Assembly (NCBI GenBank): GCA_963827475.1
Contig: CAWHAZ010000005.1
Span: forward strand, 800,001 to 864,000
DNA length: 64,000 nt
DNA from: an uncultured Chloroflexia bacterium
GTDB lineage: Bacteria > Chloroflexota > Limnocylindria > QHBO01
Reading direction: 5' to 3'
In this document: positions 8,722 through 18,468 of the stretch, one piece after another
Numbering within the stretch: position 1 is the first letter of the stretch
Layout of the letters: each line of letters begins with the position of its first letter
Notes under the pieces: generated by a model
Told to the model about the DNA's origin: nothing
Database searches by the model: none
Seen by the model: only the letters and a program-made list of their open reading frames with translations
Made by a program: the position numbers and the translations under genes

Positions 8722-9155
8722 CCGATCCCGACCCGCCTTCTCTGCCGAAGGCGGAGTTTGGCTTCGCCGGCACGGAGCTTCGACGACAGCTGGTCGACGC
8801 CATCCTGCGCGGCGAAAAGACGGCCGGCACCGGGCTCCTGGCCGACTACCAGCGCGACGGCGACGAGCCGGGCTCCCCGGGCGAGCGGCAGCTCCTGGTC
8901 GACTTCGATGACCGCCCGGTCGCGATCATCGAGATCACGGACGTCACGATCCGCCGCATGGCGGACGTCGACCTCGAATTCGCCATTGCCGAGGGGGAAG
9001 GGTTCGCGTCCGTCGCCGACTGGCGTGCGGCTCATGAACGGTTCTTCGGGAGCTATATCGAGGAGATCCGGTCCGGCGTTGGCGATCCCGAGTGGCAGCT
9101 GACCGATGACACCCTGGTGACCTGCGAGCGATTCCAGGTGGTGCAGCGCCTCTAG
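8718..9155 (+). CDS. ASCH domain protein
   Basis: AILRGEKTAGT, FAIAEGEG..S..WR..H..FF. Start is uncertain; a CTG overlaps the CADD stop. Confidence 0.8.
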   Translation: MTDPDPPSLPKAEFGFAGTELRRQLVDAILRGEKTAGTGLLADYQRDGDEPGSPGERQLLVDFDDRPVAIIEITDVTIRRMADVDLEFAIAEGEGFASVADWRAAHERFFGSYIEEIRSGVGDPEWQLTDDTLVTCERFQVVQRL

Positions 9156-9272
9156 GGAGGCGAGCGACCTCCTGCGAAGCGGTGCACCGCGGCAACAAGT
9201 TCTCTGCCGTCCAACTGACACGATCGGTCAGGGGGCGTAGACTCAGGCTGGAGAACCATCGGAGGGACGCAC

Positions 9273-10268
9273 GTGGCCGCAACTCGGCGGCGCTCGCTGC
9301 AGATTTCGGTAAGCCTCATCGCCACCATGTCTCTGGTGCTGGGAGGGGTCGCGCCGGTCGGGGCTGCGTCCGTGATGTCCGTGAACATCCAGTCGTCGCC
9401 GACGCTCGTGACTCGTGGCGGGCCGGTCTCGTACGTGGTCTCGGTGCAGAACACCGGGAACAACTCCATCAACCACGCGACCCTCGAGGCCGATACCCCG
9501 AGCGGGTTCACCTATCGACGGGCGATCACCAGCAAGGGCAGCTGCAACGCGGCCCCCGCCGCTGATCCACTCTGCGACCTTGGACAGTTCAGCGCAGGCA
9601 CTCCGGCCCTGGTGGTGCTGGTCTTCGACACGTCCCCGAATGCACCGCTCGGGAGCTTCGATTTCGTGGTGACGGTCCGGGGCGGCGAAGGCGGAAACGA
9701 CCAGCCGCACTCCTCGCACACCGACACCTTCACCGATGAGACCGAGACCATCGTTCTCGCGGTGAACCAGGACTTCACGACCCACTACATCGTTCCCGAG
9801 GGCGACGACATCACGACCGGCGGACTGCTCGGGGCGACGGCCCTGTCGTCGACGAACCCTCAGGGCACGCAGGCCCTGGTCCCGAACACGCCATTCGGCG
9901 TTCCGGCCGCGGTAGGTGAGGCCGGAGGTCCGGCCGACAACTGCCCGCCGGCATTCCTGGACAGGTGCTTCGGTCAGTCCTCGACCGTGTCGGTCGGCAA
10001 CGGGATCGTTCTCTCGCCGCACCTGATCGTCCAGGTCCGCTTCGACTCCACCGTGGTTCGCCGGCTGAACGAGCGGAAGCTGGTCATCATCCACTGGTTC
10101 GATCCGGTCCCGACCGCCGGCTTCGAGGAGATCACCCGGATCTGCTCCGACGCGACTCCGGCCAGTTCCGAGCTGCCGTGCCGGCTACCGGTTCAGGTGA
10201 TGCCTGACAAGGATTGGCTGGTCACGATCTTCATGACCAGCAACGGGGTCATCAAGGGGCGCGGCTGA
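9273..10268 (+). CDS. secreted protein with an N-terminal DUF11-like Ig domain
   Basis: Signal peptide, then VSYVVSVQNTG...DTPSGFTY...C..C.LG. SD GGAGGG. Confidence 0.65.
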   Translation: MAATRRRSLQISVSLIATMSLVLGGVAPVGAASVMSVNIQSSPTLVTRGGPVSYVVSVQNTGNNSINHATLEADTPSGFTYRRAITSKGSCNAAPAADPLCDLGQFSAGTPALVVLVFDTSPNAPLGSFDFVVTVRGGEGGNDQPHSSHTDTFTDETETIVLAVNQDFTTHYIVPEGDDITTGGLLGATALSSTNPQGTQALVPNTPFGVPAAVGEAGGPADNCPPAFLDRCFGQSSTVSVGNGIVLSPHLIVQVRFDSTVVRRLNERKLVIIHWFDPVPTAGFEEITRICSDATPASSELPCRLPVQVMPDKDWLVTIFMTSNGVIKGRG

Positions 10269-13200
10269 GTTCGGTCAGTCGCGCGGCTGACGCCACATCT
10301 CCTTTCGCTCCGTAGATAGCCAGGGCCTCGCTGCGGGCCTCGGCCGCGGTGAGAGCCTCTCCGGCTGCCGTCAGCGCCTCGGCCAGGTCGGAGAGGGCGA
10401 GCGCGGTGACCATCGGCATCTCCGCGTCGCGCGCGAGGCGGACGGCTTCCTGGGCCAGCTCGACCGCCCCGTCGGCGTCGCCGTTCGCCACCAGGATGGC
10501 CGACCGGAGACCGCGCCAGCGTGATTGCGCATCGAGGTCGTCGCTGGCCGCCAGCGACTCGGCCCGCCCGGCCTCCGCCGCCGCCTCCTCGTACCGGCGC
10601 TGTTCCACCAGGGCCCGGCCCAGCATGCTGGACACGCTTGCCAGGTAGAAGGTGTCACCGACGCCGGTGAGGACGTCCGCTGCCTCCCGCAGGACCTGTT
10701 CGGCGGTCGCCGGCTGTCCCGCGCGGAGCTCGACCTCAGCGGCGTCCAGGGCCAGCTGCGCGGCGAGCACCGGCTGGCCCAGCTCGTGTGCAGTCCCTCG
10801 AGCGCCCTCGTACAGCTCCCTTGCCGACTCGAATTGTCCGCACATGGCCTGCAGCTGGGCGGTCGCGGCCTTCACGACCACCCCCGTCGCCCGGTCCGTG
10901 CCCACGTCGATCAGCAACGTCTCGAGCCGCCCCGCAGCCACATCCGCTGCCGTCGGGCCGTAGGTCAGCGCGATGGCGAGGTTGGAGATGCCGCGGAGCC
11001 GCTGCCGCTCGTCTCCTGCCTTGCCCGCGAGCGCGATGACTCGCTCCGCATCCGCCGCCGCCTCGGCAAAGCGTCCCGCGGTCCCGTGCGCCACGTAGCG
11101 AATGCGCCACCCGAGCGATGCGCCGGCGAGGTCGTCGGTGGCGTCGAAGGTGGCGAGGGCGCGATCGGCCTCGGACAACGCCCGGGTCGCCCAGTTCGGC
11201 CCGGGAGACGAGGCGAGCTCCAGGCGGATGCGGAGCAGACGGGCCTTGGCCGCCGAGCCGGGGTCCTCGGCCGCGTCCGCGGCGGACTCGATCGCCTCGA
11301 GGAGCGCGCCAGACTCCGCATATGCCCCGGTCTCATCGAGCGCCTCGGCGAGGAGCAGCTCCGCGCCACGGGCATCCGCTGAATCCGGCGCCAGGGCCAC
11401 CGCCCGCCGCAGGAGGTTGATGGCGGCGTGCCAGTCCTCGCGCGCGAACGCAAGCCGGCCGGCCGCTCCCAGGAGTCCTGCCGCGCGGTGGCCCAGCGCG
11501 CGACCACGGTCGTCGAGCGGGCCGAGGCCCAGGAGGTTGAGGTGCGCCTGCTCGAGGTGATAGGCGATGACCTCTTCCACCTCGCCCAGGCGATCGGACT
11601 CGTGCGCGGCCAGCCAGTCCGCGTAGCGCTCGTGCAGCGTGGCCCGTGCCCGCTTGAGGATCGCCTGGTAGGCGGTGTCCCGGATGAGCTGGTGGTTGAA
11701 CCGATACCCGACGATCACCGATCCGGTCGGACGGAGGAGCTGCTTGTCCGTCAGGTCGGAGAGGAGCGACTCCACCTGTTCGCGAAGCGGGTCCGGCGCC
11801 AGATCGGTCACGGCCGGCGTCGGAAACTCGACACCGATGACCGCCGCCGGCTCCGCGACGGATCGCTCCTCACGCCGCAGTCGATCCAGGCGGGCCGCAA
11901 GCAGGGCATGAATGGTGGGCGGGATGGCGAAATCCCGAGCGTCGCCACTGACCTGCCACGACCCATTCGTGGCGTGGATCGTGCCGTCGTCGACCAGCAT
12001 CGACAGCATCTGCTCCACGAAGAGGGGATTGCCGCCCGACGCCCGAGCGATCCGATCGCGAATCGAGGCCGGCAAGCCGGCCGCGCCCAGGAGGTTGGCG
12101 GCCACCGCGGCAACCTGCGCCTCGGAGAGCCCTTCGAGGGACACGCGAACGCTGCACGCTGCCTGGCCCCAGGTGGGCCGCGTCTCGAGCAGATCGTGGC
12201 GGGCGGTGGCCAGGACGAGGACCGGAGCCTCCGCGAGGTTCTCCGTCAGGTGCTCGAGGAGATCCAGGAACGTCGGCTCGGCCCAGTGGATGTCCTCGAT
12301 CACGACCACCACCGGACGCTCGTGGGCGAGCACCTCGAGGAAGCGTCGCGAACCCCAGAACAGCTCGGTCAGCGGGAACTGGGCCGTCGACAGGCCGATG
12401 GCGGAGGCCAGTCGCTCGACGATCTCGGGATCGCCGGCCAGCGCCTGGAGCTTGTCCAGCGCCAGCTGGGCGGGCGTGTCGATGCCGATCCCGGCCGCGT
12501 CACGCACGACCTCGCCGAGCGGCCAGAAGGTGATCCCATCCCCGTAGGACAGGGCTCGGCCGCGGAAGACGCGAGCCTCGTCGCCGAGCGAGGTGAGGAA
12601 CTCCCGGATCAGGCGCGACTTGCCGACGCCCGCGTCGCCGAGGAGGGTGACCGCGTGGCATCGTCGCCCGTCGACCGCGCGCTGATAGGCGGCGCGCAGC
12701 TCCTCCAACTCGGCGTCGCGGCCCACGAGGGGCGTGTCGACTCGTCGCGCGACCCCCTCGTCCGTGCCATGCACCGCCAGCAGGCGGTAGGCGGCCACCG
12801 GCTCGGCCTTGCCCTTGAGGTCGAGCGGGTCCATCTGTTCGACCTCGACCGCATCACGAACGAGCCGGTACGTGCTGCCGCCAATGACGACCTCCATCGC
12901 CGGAGCGGCCTGCTCCAGCCGAGCGGCGACGTTCGCGGTGTCCCCGGTGACGACCTGCTGCCCCGTGACCGATTCGCCGGCCACGATCTCGCCGGTGTTC
13001 ACGCCGATGCGGGCTTCGATCGCCGTGCCGAAGGTGCGCTGCAGCTCCTCGTTGAGGTGCCCGAGGGCAATCTGCATCTCGTGCGCGGCTCGGACGGCAC
13101 GGAGCGCATCATCCTCGTGGACCCTCGGCAGCCCGAAGACGGCCACGATCGCATCGCCGATGAACTTCTGGATGGACCCGCCGTGCCGCCGGAGGATGGC

Positions 13201-13452
13201 GGTCATGACCTCGAAATACCGGTTCAGCAGGCCGGACATCGCCTCGGGGTCGATGCGCTCCCCGAGGCTGGTGGAGCCGACGAGATCGGAGAAGACGATC
13301 GTCACAATCTTCCGCTCCTCCGGCGACGGGAGGACCGGCTCCGGAGGGACCAGCGACGACCCGCAGTAGCCGCACAGCCGAAAACCCTGAGGGTTCTCCG
13401 AACCGCAGCTGGGGCAGACCTGCATGCCGGCCGCCACGGAGTCGTCCGTCAT
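10252..13452 (-). CDS. zinc ribbon, class III adenylate cyclase, AAA/STAND ATPase and TPR protein
   Basis: CPSCG..CGYCG, FSDLVGST, QKFIGDA, GDTANVAARLE, LVGR, GDAGVGKS, IEDIHWA, GGNPLF. ATG 13452 overlaps the upstream stop. Confidence 0.9.
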   Translation of the reverse strand: MTDDSVAAGMQVCPSCGSENPQGFRLCGYCGSSLVPPEPVLPSPEERKIVTIVFSDLVGSTSLGERIDPEAMSGLLNRYFEVMTAILRRHGGSIQKFIGDAIVAVFGLPRVHEDDALRAVRAAHEMQIALGHLNEELQRTFGTAIEARIGVNTGEIVAGESVTGQQVVTGDTANVAARLEQAAPAMEVVIGGSTYRLVRDAVEVEQMDPLDLKGKAEPVAAYRLLAVHGTDEGVARRVDTPLVGRDAELEELRAAYQRAVDGRRCHAVTLLGDAGVGKSRLIREFLTSLGDEARVFRGRALSYGDGITFWPLGEVVRDAAGIGIDTPAQLALDKLQALAGDPEIVERLASAIGLSTAQFPLTELFWGSRRFLEVLAHERPVVVVIEDIHWAEPTFLDLLEHLTENLAEAPVLVLATARHDLLETRPTWGQAACSVRVSLEGLSEAQVAAVAANLLGAAGLPASIRDRIARASGGNPLFVEQMLSMLVDDGTIHATNGSWQVSGDARDFAIPPTIHALLAARLDRLRREERSVAEPAAVIGVEFPTPAVTDLAPDPLREQVESLLSDLTDKQLLRPTGSVIVGYRFNHQLIRDTAYQAILKRARATLHERYADWLAAHESDRLGEVEEVIAYHLEQAHLNLLGLGPLDDRGRALGHRAAGLLGAAGRLAFAREDWHAAINLLRRAVALAPDSADARGAELLLAEALDETGAYAESGALLEAIESAADAAEDPGSAAKARLLRIRLELASSPGPNWATRALSEADRALATFDATDDLAGASLGWRIRYVAHGTAGRFAEAAADAERVIALAGKAGDERQRLRGISNLAIALTYGPTAADVAAGRLETLLIDVGTDRATGVVVKAATAQLQAMCGQFESARELYEGARGTAHELGQPVLAAQLALDAAEVELRAGQPATAEQVLREAADVLTGVGDTFYLASVSSMLGRALVEQRRYEEAAAEAGRAESLAASDDLDAQSRWRGLRSAILVANGDADGAVELAQEAVRLARDAEMPMVTALALSDLAEALTAAGEALTAAEARSEALAIYGAKGDVASAARLTELSRAP

Positions 13453-13976
13453 GGCCGGCGGATCAGGGACAGCCAGTCTGCGATCCGGCCGAGCGCATCG
13501 TCTCGGACGCGGTCGAGGCCATGGCCCAGGCCGGGGTAGGTCACGAGCGTTGCCGACGGGAGTCGCGGGACGGCGTCCCGCAGCAGCTCGATGCGCGCGA
13601 ACGGGTCCGACTCGCCACTCAACAGCAGGACCGGGCACGAGATGCGGGGCCAGTGCGCCGTTCGTTCGTCGACTCCCTCCGGATGCCCCGGGCGGTGGAG
13701 CGGGTAGCAGAGCAGGACCAGGCCGGCATATCGGCCCTCGGCCGCGATGAGGCTCGCCACGCGGCCACCGAACGACCGTCCGCCGATCACGGTGACGTTG
13801 CCGGGCGGAGCGGCTTCGCGGTACACCGGCAGGGCGCGTTCGGCGGACCCCTTGGGGAGGGGGACGAAGCGCGACTCGAAACCTCGCTCGGCCAGCGCGG
13901 CGATCCACGGCCGCATGGAGTCTTCCCCTCCGCTGGCCCCCGCCGCGAGGTGGACGCGAAGGCTCTCACCCCTCAT
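13449..13976 (-). CDS. small alpha/beta hydrolase (KANL3/Tex30-like)
   Basis: GGRSFGG nucleophile elbow, YPLH, GESDPF, GHGL. Confidence 0.85.
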   Translation of the reverse strand: MRGESLRVHLAAGASGGEDSMRPWIAALAERGFESRFVPLPKGSAERALPVYREAAPPGNVTVIGGRSFGGRVASLIAAEGRYAGLVLLCYPLHRPGHPEGVDERTAHWPRISCPVLLLSGESDPFARIELLRDAVPRLPSATLVTYPGLGHGLDRVRDDALGRIADWLSLIRRP

Positions 13977-14052
13977 GCGCCCGATTGTGCGCGCGCGACC
14001 GACCGGGCGTCGACACCCGGTCGTCCCGGACTGACGCTACCCTGACCTGGCC

Positions 14053-15591
14053 ATGACCGATCAGCTGCCGTCCCGGGGCCACGCGGCCCTCGCCGGGGCG
14101 GTGGCCGGAGCGGCGGCCATCGGGGTGAACGAGCTGGTGGCAGGCGTCCTGCCCGGCGCGCCCTCGTTCGTGGTCGAGGTTGGGGCGGCGGTGATCGCCC
14201 TCCAGCCGCCCGGCGCCAAGCAGCTGATGGTCGACCTGTTCGGGACGAACGACAAGCTCGTCTTCAACCTGCTCATCGTGGCGGTAGCCATCGGCGGAGC
14301 GGCCGTTCTGGGGGTCATGGCTCGCCGTCGGTTCGGCCTGGCCGCTCTCGGCTTCGCCGGCGCGGGCGTGGCGGCGATGGCGGTATCGGTCCTCCTCGAT
14401 CCACTCGTGGATCCGCTCCTCGCCCTGCTGTCGGTCGTTCTCTCGGTTGGGGCGGGGTTGGGCGTCCTGGCCTGGCTCCTCCGTCTCGCAACGCCCCACG
14501 AACCGGTGGCGGAGATGCCGGACTTTTCGCGCCGCCGGTTCCTCGGCACATCGCTCGCGGTGGCCGGGGTCGCCGTCACCAGCGGCCTGATCGGCCGGGT
14601 GATCGGGGAGCAGGGTCGGGTGGCGGACCCGGTCGGCGCGCCGCCGCTGCCCGAGCCCGTAGACCCGCTGCCCGCTCTGGCGCCGGGTACCGACCTGGGC
14701 ATCTCGGGCCTGTCGCCGGTCGTCACGCCCAACGCCGAGTTCTACCGGATCGACACCTCGCTCCTGGTTCCGCGGGTGGACGCGGCGACGTGGGAGCTCA
14801 GCGTCAATGGGATGGTCGACCGGCCGCTGACCTTCACGTACGCAGACCTGCTGGCGCTGCCCCTCCACGAGCGCTACGTCACCATCGCCTGCGTGTCGAA
14901 CGAGGTCGGCGGGGACCTCGTCGGCAACGCCCTGTGGCGCGGCGCGCTCCTCCGCGACGTGCTGGACTCAGCCGGGGTACGGGAGGGAGCCACCCAGGTC
15001 GTGGGACGCTCGTTCGACGGGTGGACCTGCGGCTTCCCCACCGACTGGGTGATGACCGATGCGCGCGACGCGCTGATCGCGGTGGCGATGAACGACGAGC
15101 CGCTGCCCGCCGAGCACGGGTTCCCGGCCCGCCTCATCGTGCCCGGCCTGTTCGGGTACGTCAGCGCGACGAAGTGGCTGACGAACATCGAGCTCACCAC
15201 CTGGGAAGCGTTCGATGCGTACTGGGTCCCGCTCGGCTGGGCCAAGGAGGGGCCGATCCTGACCCAGTCGCGGATCGACGTTCCCCGGTCCGGTGACACG
15301 GTGGGCGGTGGAGAGGTGGCGGTGGCCGGCGTGGCCTGGGCACCCGACCGCGGGATCAGCGCGGTCGAGGTCCGGGTGGACGACGGTCCATGGCAGCCGG
15401 CGGAGCTCTCCACCCCGATCAACGACGCCACCTGGGTCCAGTGGCGCTTCCCCTGGTCCGCCACGCCCGGCGGACATGAGCTGCGCGTCCGCGCGACGGA
15501 CGGTGAGGGCACGCTCCAGGAGGAGCGCGCGACACGGCCGGCGCCCGACGGGGCGCGCGGCCACCACACGATCTCGGTCACGGTCGGGTAG
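14053..15591 (+). CDS. membrane-bound sulfite-oxidase-family molybdoenzyme
   Basis: About 4 N-terminal TM helices, an internal SRRRFLG followed by a TM helix, FYRID, CVSNEVGG, HGFPARLIVPGLFGYVSATKW and a C-terminal dimerisation domain. Confidence 0.9.
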   Translation: MTDQLPSRGHAALAGAVAGAAAIGVNELVAGVLPGAPSFVVEVGAAVIALQPPGAKQLMVDLFGTNDKLVFNLLIVAVAIGGAAVLGVMARRRFGLAALGFAGAGVAAMAVSVLLDPLVDPLLALLSVVLSVGAGLGVLAWLLRLATPHEPVAEMPDFSRRRFLGTSLAVAGVAVTSGLIGRVIGEQGRVADPVGAPPLPEPVDPLPALAPGTDLGISGLSPVVTPNAEFYRIDTSLLVPRVDAATWELSVNGMVDRPLTFTYADLLALPLHERYVTIACVSNEVGGDLVGNALWRGALLRDVLDSAGVREGATQVVGRSFDGWTCGFPTDWVMTDARDALIAVAMNDEPLPAEHGFPARLIVPGLFGYVSATKWLTNIELTTWEAFDAYWVPLGWAKEGPILTQSRIDVPRSGDTVGGGEVAVAGVAWAPDRGISAVEVRVDDGPWQPAELSTPINDATWVQWRFPWSATPGGHELRVRATDGEGTLQEERATRPAPDGARGHHTISVTVG

Positions 15592-15606
15592 GTCACAATC
15601 GGCCGC

Positions 15607-16530
15607 GTGGCGAACGCGGTCGCACCCGTCCTCGTCCTGAACCCGATCGCCGGCGACGGCGCCGGTGGCCGCCTCCTGCCGCGGCTGGAGGAGCAGCTCG
15701 GCCGCCGCAACGCGGAGCTGCGGGTCTCGACCCGTCGTGGCCACGCCGAGGAGCTGGCCGCGGAGGCCATCCGGGACGGTGCCGACCGGGTGGTGGCGGT
15801 CGGGGGCGACGGCACGATGCAGGAGGTCGTGAACGGCATCATCAGTGCCGGTGGCGGGACGCTGGGCGTGGTCCCGGTCGGGCGCGGCAATGACCTCGCC
15901 CGCAGCCTGGAGATCCCGATCGAGCCCCTGGTCGCGCTCGACATCGCGCTGGGACCGGCCACCCGTCCCATGGATGTGGGTCGCGCCATCCGCGATGCCC
16001 GCCTGCGCCACTTCGTGGCGGCCGGCGGGGTCGGGTTCGACGCCCAGGTGTCGTGGACGATGTCGAACCCGCGCCCGTGGTGGAAGAACGGACGGGCCGG
16101 GTACTTCGCGGGGACGATCGATGAGCTGCGCCGCTTCCACAACCAGCGCCTGCGGATCACGTTCGACCTCGACAGCGGCCGCGAAGTCGTGGACCACACG
16201 TCTCTGATGGTCGCCTTCGCCAACGGCCCGTACTACGGTGGCGGCATGAAGATCTGCCCCGACGCCAGCCTGAGCGACGGCCAGCTCGACGTGTGCGTGG
16301 TCGGCGACCTGTCGCGATTCGAGGCCCTGCGCGAGCTGCCGGGACTCTACGAGGCGAAGCACGTCAGCAACCCGAAGGTCCGCTTCTATCGGAGCCGCTG
16401 GATCCTGATCGAGGGCGACGAGCCGACGCGCGTCCACCTCGACGGGGAGCCGTGGGGAACGCTCCCGATCCGGGTCGAAGCCCTGCCCGCGGCCTTGGAC
16501 GTGGCTGTCCCGCCGGTGGCAGAGGCATGA
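15607..16530 (+). CDS. diacylglycerol/lipid kinase (YegS/BmrU family)
   Basis: LNPIAG, GGDGT..EV.NG, P.GRGND.ARSL, YYGGGM, DG.LDV, DGE. Confidence 0.9.
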   Translation: MANAVAPVLVLNPIAGDGAGGRLLPRLEEQLGRRNAELRVSTRRGHAEELAAEAIRDGADRVVAVGGDGTMQEVVNGIISAGGGTLGVVPVGRGNDLARSLEIPIEPLVALDIALGPATRPMDVGRAIRDARLRHFVAAGGVGFDAQVSWTMSNPRPWWKNGRAGYFAGTIDELRRFHNQRLRITFDLDSGREVVDHTSLMVAFANGPYYGGGMKICPDASLSDGQLDVCVVGDLSRFEALRELPGLYEAKHVSNPKVRFYRSRWILIEGDEPTRVHLDGEPWGTLPIRVEALPAALDVAVPPVAEA

Positions 16531-16799
16531 CGGACGAGACCACGACCCCAACGGGATCGGCCGAGCCTGGCCCGGGCTGGGAGGTCTGCGACGCCGGGAA
16601 CCGGCGCATCGGTCAGGTCGATGCGGTCTTCGCCGACTACCTGCTCGTCCGGACCCGCGGGCTGTTGCCGGTCGATCTCTACATCCCGCGGACCGCGGTC
16701 ACCGTCGCCGGGCCGGAGACCGTGGCGGTCACGGCTGCCGATGCCGACGAGGCCTACGATGCGTGGCACCGACCGCTGAAGGCAGCACCGCACGACTGA
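16527..16799 (+). CDS. small PRC-barrel/DUF2171-like protein
   Basis: GWEV.D....IG.V..V..DYLLV..GL..DLYIP..AV. ATGA overlap with the upstream gene. Confidence 0.65.
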   Translation: MTDETTTPTGSAEPGPGWEVCDAGNRRIGQVDAVFADYLLVRTRGLLPVDLYIPRTAVTVAGPETVAVTAADADEAYDAWHRPLKAAPHD

Positions 16800-16823
16800 G
16801 CGGATGAGGAAAGGGGCAGACCG

Positions 16824-17192
16824 ATGAGCTTGAGCCCGGAGCATCTCGAGCTGCTGCGGACGACCAAGGAGGTTCGCATCGAGACGCGACGGGCGCCCGA
16901 TGCGCCCGTCCATCGGACCATCATCTGGGTCGTGGTCGATGGGGACCGGGCCTTTGTTCGGACCTACCGCGGAGCGGGTTCCCGCTGGTATCGCGAAGCG
17001 CTCGCCCAGCCGGACTGCACGCTGTGGCTGGGGAAGGTCGGCCTGCCGGTGCGGGTGGTCGTGGCCACCGAACCAGACGTCGTGGCCGCCGTCAGTCGCG
17101 GCTTCGAGGCGAAGTACCCGCGCTCGCAATCGACAGCCGCCATGGTCCGCGAGGAGGTTCTCGAGACCACGCTCGAACTGCTGCCCCGCTGA
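16824..17192 (+). CDS. DUF2255-like split-barrel protein
   Basis: EVRIETRR..HRTIIWVVVDG...VR.Y.G..SRWYR...KY. Confidence 0.7.
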   Translation: MSLSPEHLELLRTTKEVRIETRRAPDAPVHRTIIWVVVDGDRAFVRTYRGAGSRWYREALAQPDCTLWLGKVGLPVRVVVATEPDVVAAVSRGFEAKYPRSQSTAAMVREEVLETTLELLPR

Positions 17193-17212
17193 GCGTGCGG
17201 TACCCTGTGAGC

Positions 17213-18121
17213 GTGAACGACACGGCGCGGGCGGAGGCCTTCTTCGCGCACGTCGGCAGCGGTGGGAAGGTCGAGGCCGACGACTGGATGCCGGACGAGT
17301 ACCGGGCCGCCATCCTGAAGTTCGTCGAGATGCACGCCAACAGCGAGCTCATGGGCGTGCTGCCCGAGCGCGACTGGATCCTCCGTGCTCCCACCCTCCG
17401 CCGGAAGCTGGCCCTGACCTCGAAGATCCAGGACGAGGTCGGCCACGCCCAGCTCCTGTACCGCGTGGCGGAGGACCTGGGCAAGCCCCGCGAGCAGATG
17501 CTCGCCGACCTGCTGGCCGGCAAGACGAAGTTCCACAACGTCTTCCATTACCCGACCCGCTCGTGGGGCGACGTCGGGATCATCGCCTGGCTGGTGGACG
17601 CGGCCGCGATCGTGTCCCAGCAGGCGCTTCGCGACTCGTCGTACGCCCCGTACGGGCGGACGATGAAGAAGATCTGCTGGGAGGAATCGGTCCACATCAT
17701 GCACGGCCGGGACGTGGTCCTGACCCTGATGACCGGGACCGAGGGTCAGCGCGCGATGGTCCAGGAGGCGCTGGACCGATGGTGGGGCCCGCTCATGCAG
17801 ATGCACGGCCCGCCCACCGACCCGGCCAAGGACAAGGACCTCCATTGGGGTATCAAGTCCAAAGGCAACGAGCAGCTGCGCCAGGAGTTCCTGTCGATCT
17901 ACGTCCCGCGCATCTGGGAGCTTGGGCTGACCGTCCCGGACCCTGCCCTGCGACTCGAAGAGGCCACGGGTCGCTGGCACTACACCGAGCCGGACTGGGA
18001 CGAGCTCCGCTCGGTCGTGACCGGGCACGGACCGGCATCGGTCGAACGGCTCGAGTTCCGCCGCCTCCACACGGCCGAGACGCAGTGGGTGCGCGACGCG
18101 GTCCTGGGGGTCGCGGCCTGA
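17213..18121 (+). CDS. paaA: phenylacetyl-CoA epoxidase subunit A
   Basis: HANSELMG, APTLRRK..L..KIQDEVGH, F.YPT..W.D...IAWLVD, IC.EES.H. Start is GTG 17213 or 17207. Confidence 0.9.
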   Translation: MNDTARAEAFFAHVGSGGKVEADDWMPDEYRAAILKFVEMHANSELMGVLPERDWILRAPTLRRKLALTSKIQDEVGHAQLLYRVAEDLGKPREQMLADLLAGKTKFHNVFHYPTRSWGDVGIIAWLVDAAAIVSQQALRDSSYAPYGRTMKKICWEESVHIMHGRDVVLTLMTGTEGQRAMVQEALDRWWGPLMQMHGPPTDPAKDKDLHWGIKSKGNEQLRQEFLSIYVPRIWELGLTVPDPALRLEEATGRWHYTEPDWDELRSVVTGHGPASVERLEFRRLHTAETQWVRDAVLGVAA

Positions 18122-18132
18122 GCTCGGACGCC

Positions 18133-18468
18133 GTGGCCGACCGGGTGTGGGAAGTGTTCCAGCAGGCCGCGGAGGGTGATCCGATGGTCCACGGCGGGAG
18201 CGTCCGCGCGCCGGACGAGGAGCTGGCCCTCCACTACGCCCGCGAGTTCTACGGACGCCGCCAGGAGAGCGTGCGGCTGTGGGTCGTTCCGCGTGACGCG
18301 ATCCTCGAGCTCGACGACCCCGACCTCCTCCAGCCGCCCTTCGACCGCTCGCACAAGCGGCCCGGCGGCTACGTCATCAAGCACAAGCTGGAGGCCGCTC
18401 GCCAGCGTGCCGGGTCGGCGTCGGGAGACGGGTCCGCCGAGGCCGAGGACGTTGAGGTCGACTCGTGA
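18133..18468 (+). CDS. paaB: phenylacetyl-CoA epoxidase subunit B
   Basis: WEVF...H.GSV.APD.E.AL..ARE.Y.RR.E...LWVVPR. Confidence 0.85.
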   Translation: MADRVWEVFQQAAEGDPMVHGGSVRAPDEELALHYAREFYGRRQESVRLWVVPRDAILELDDPDLLQPPFDRSHKRPGGYVIKHKLEAARQRAGSASGDGSAEAEDVEVDS

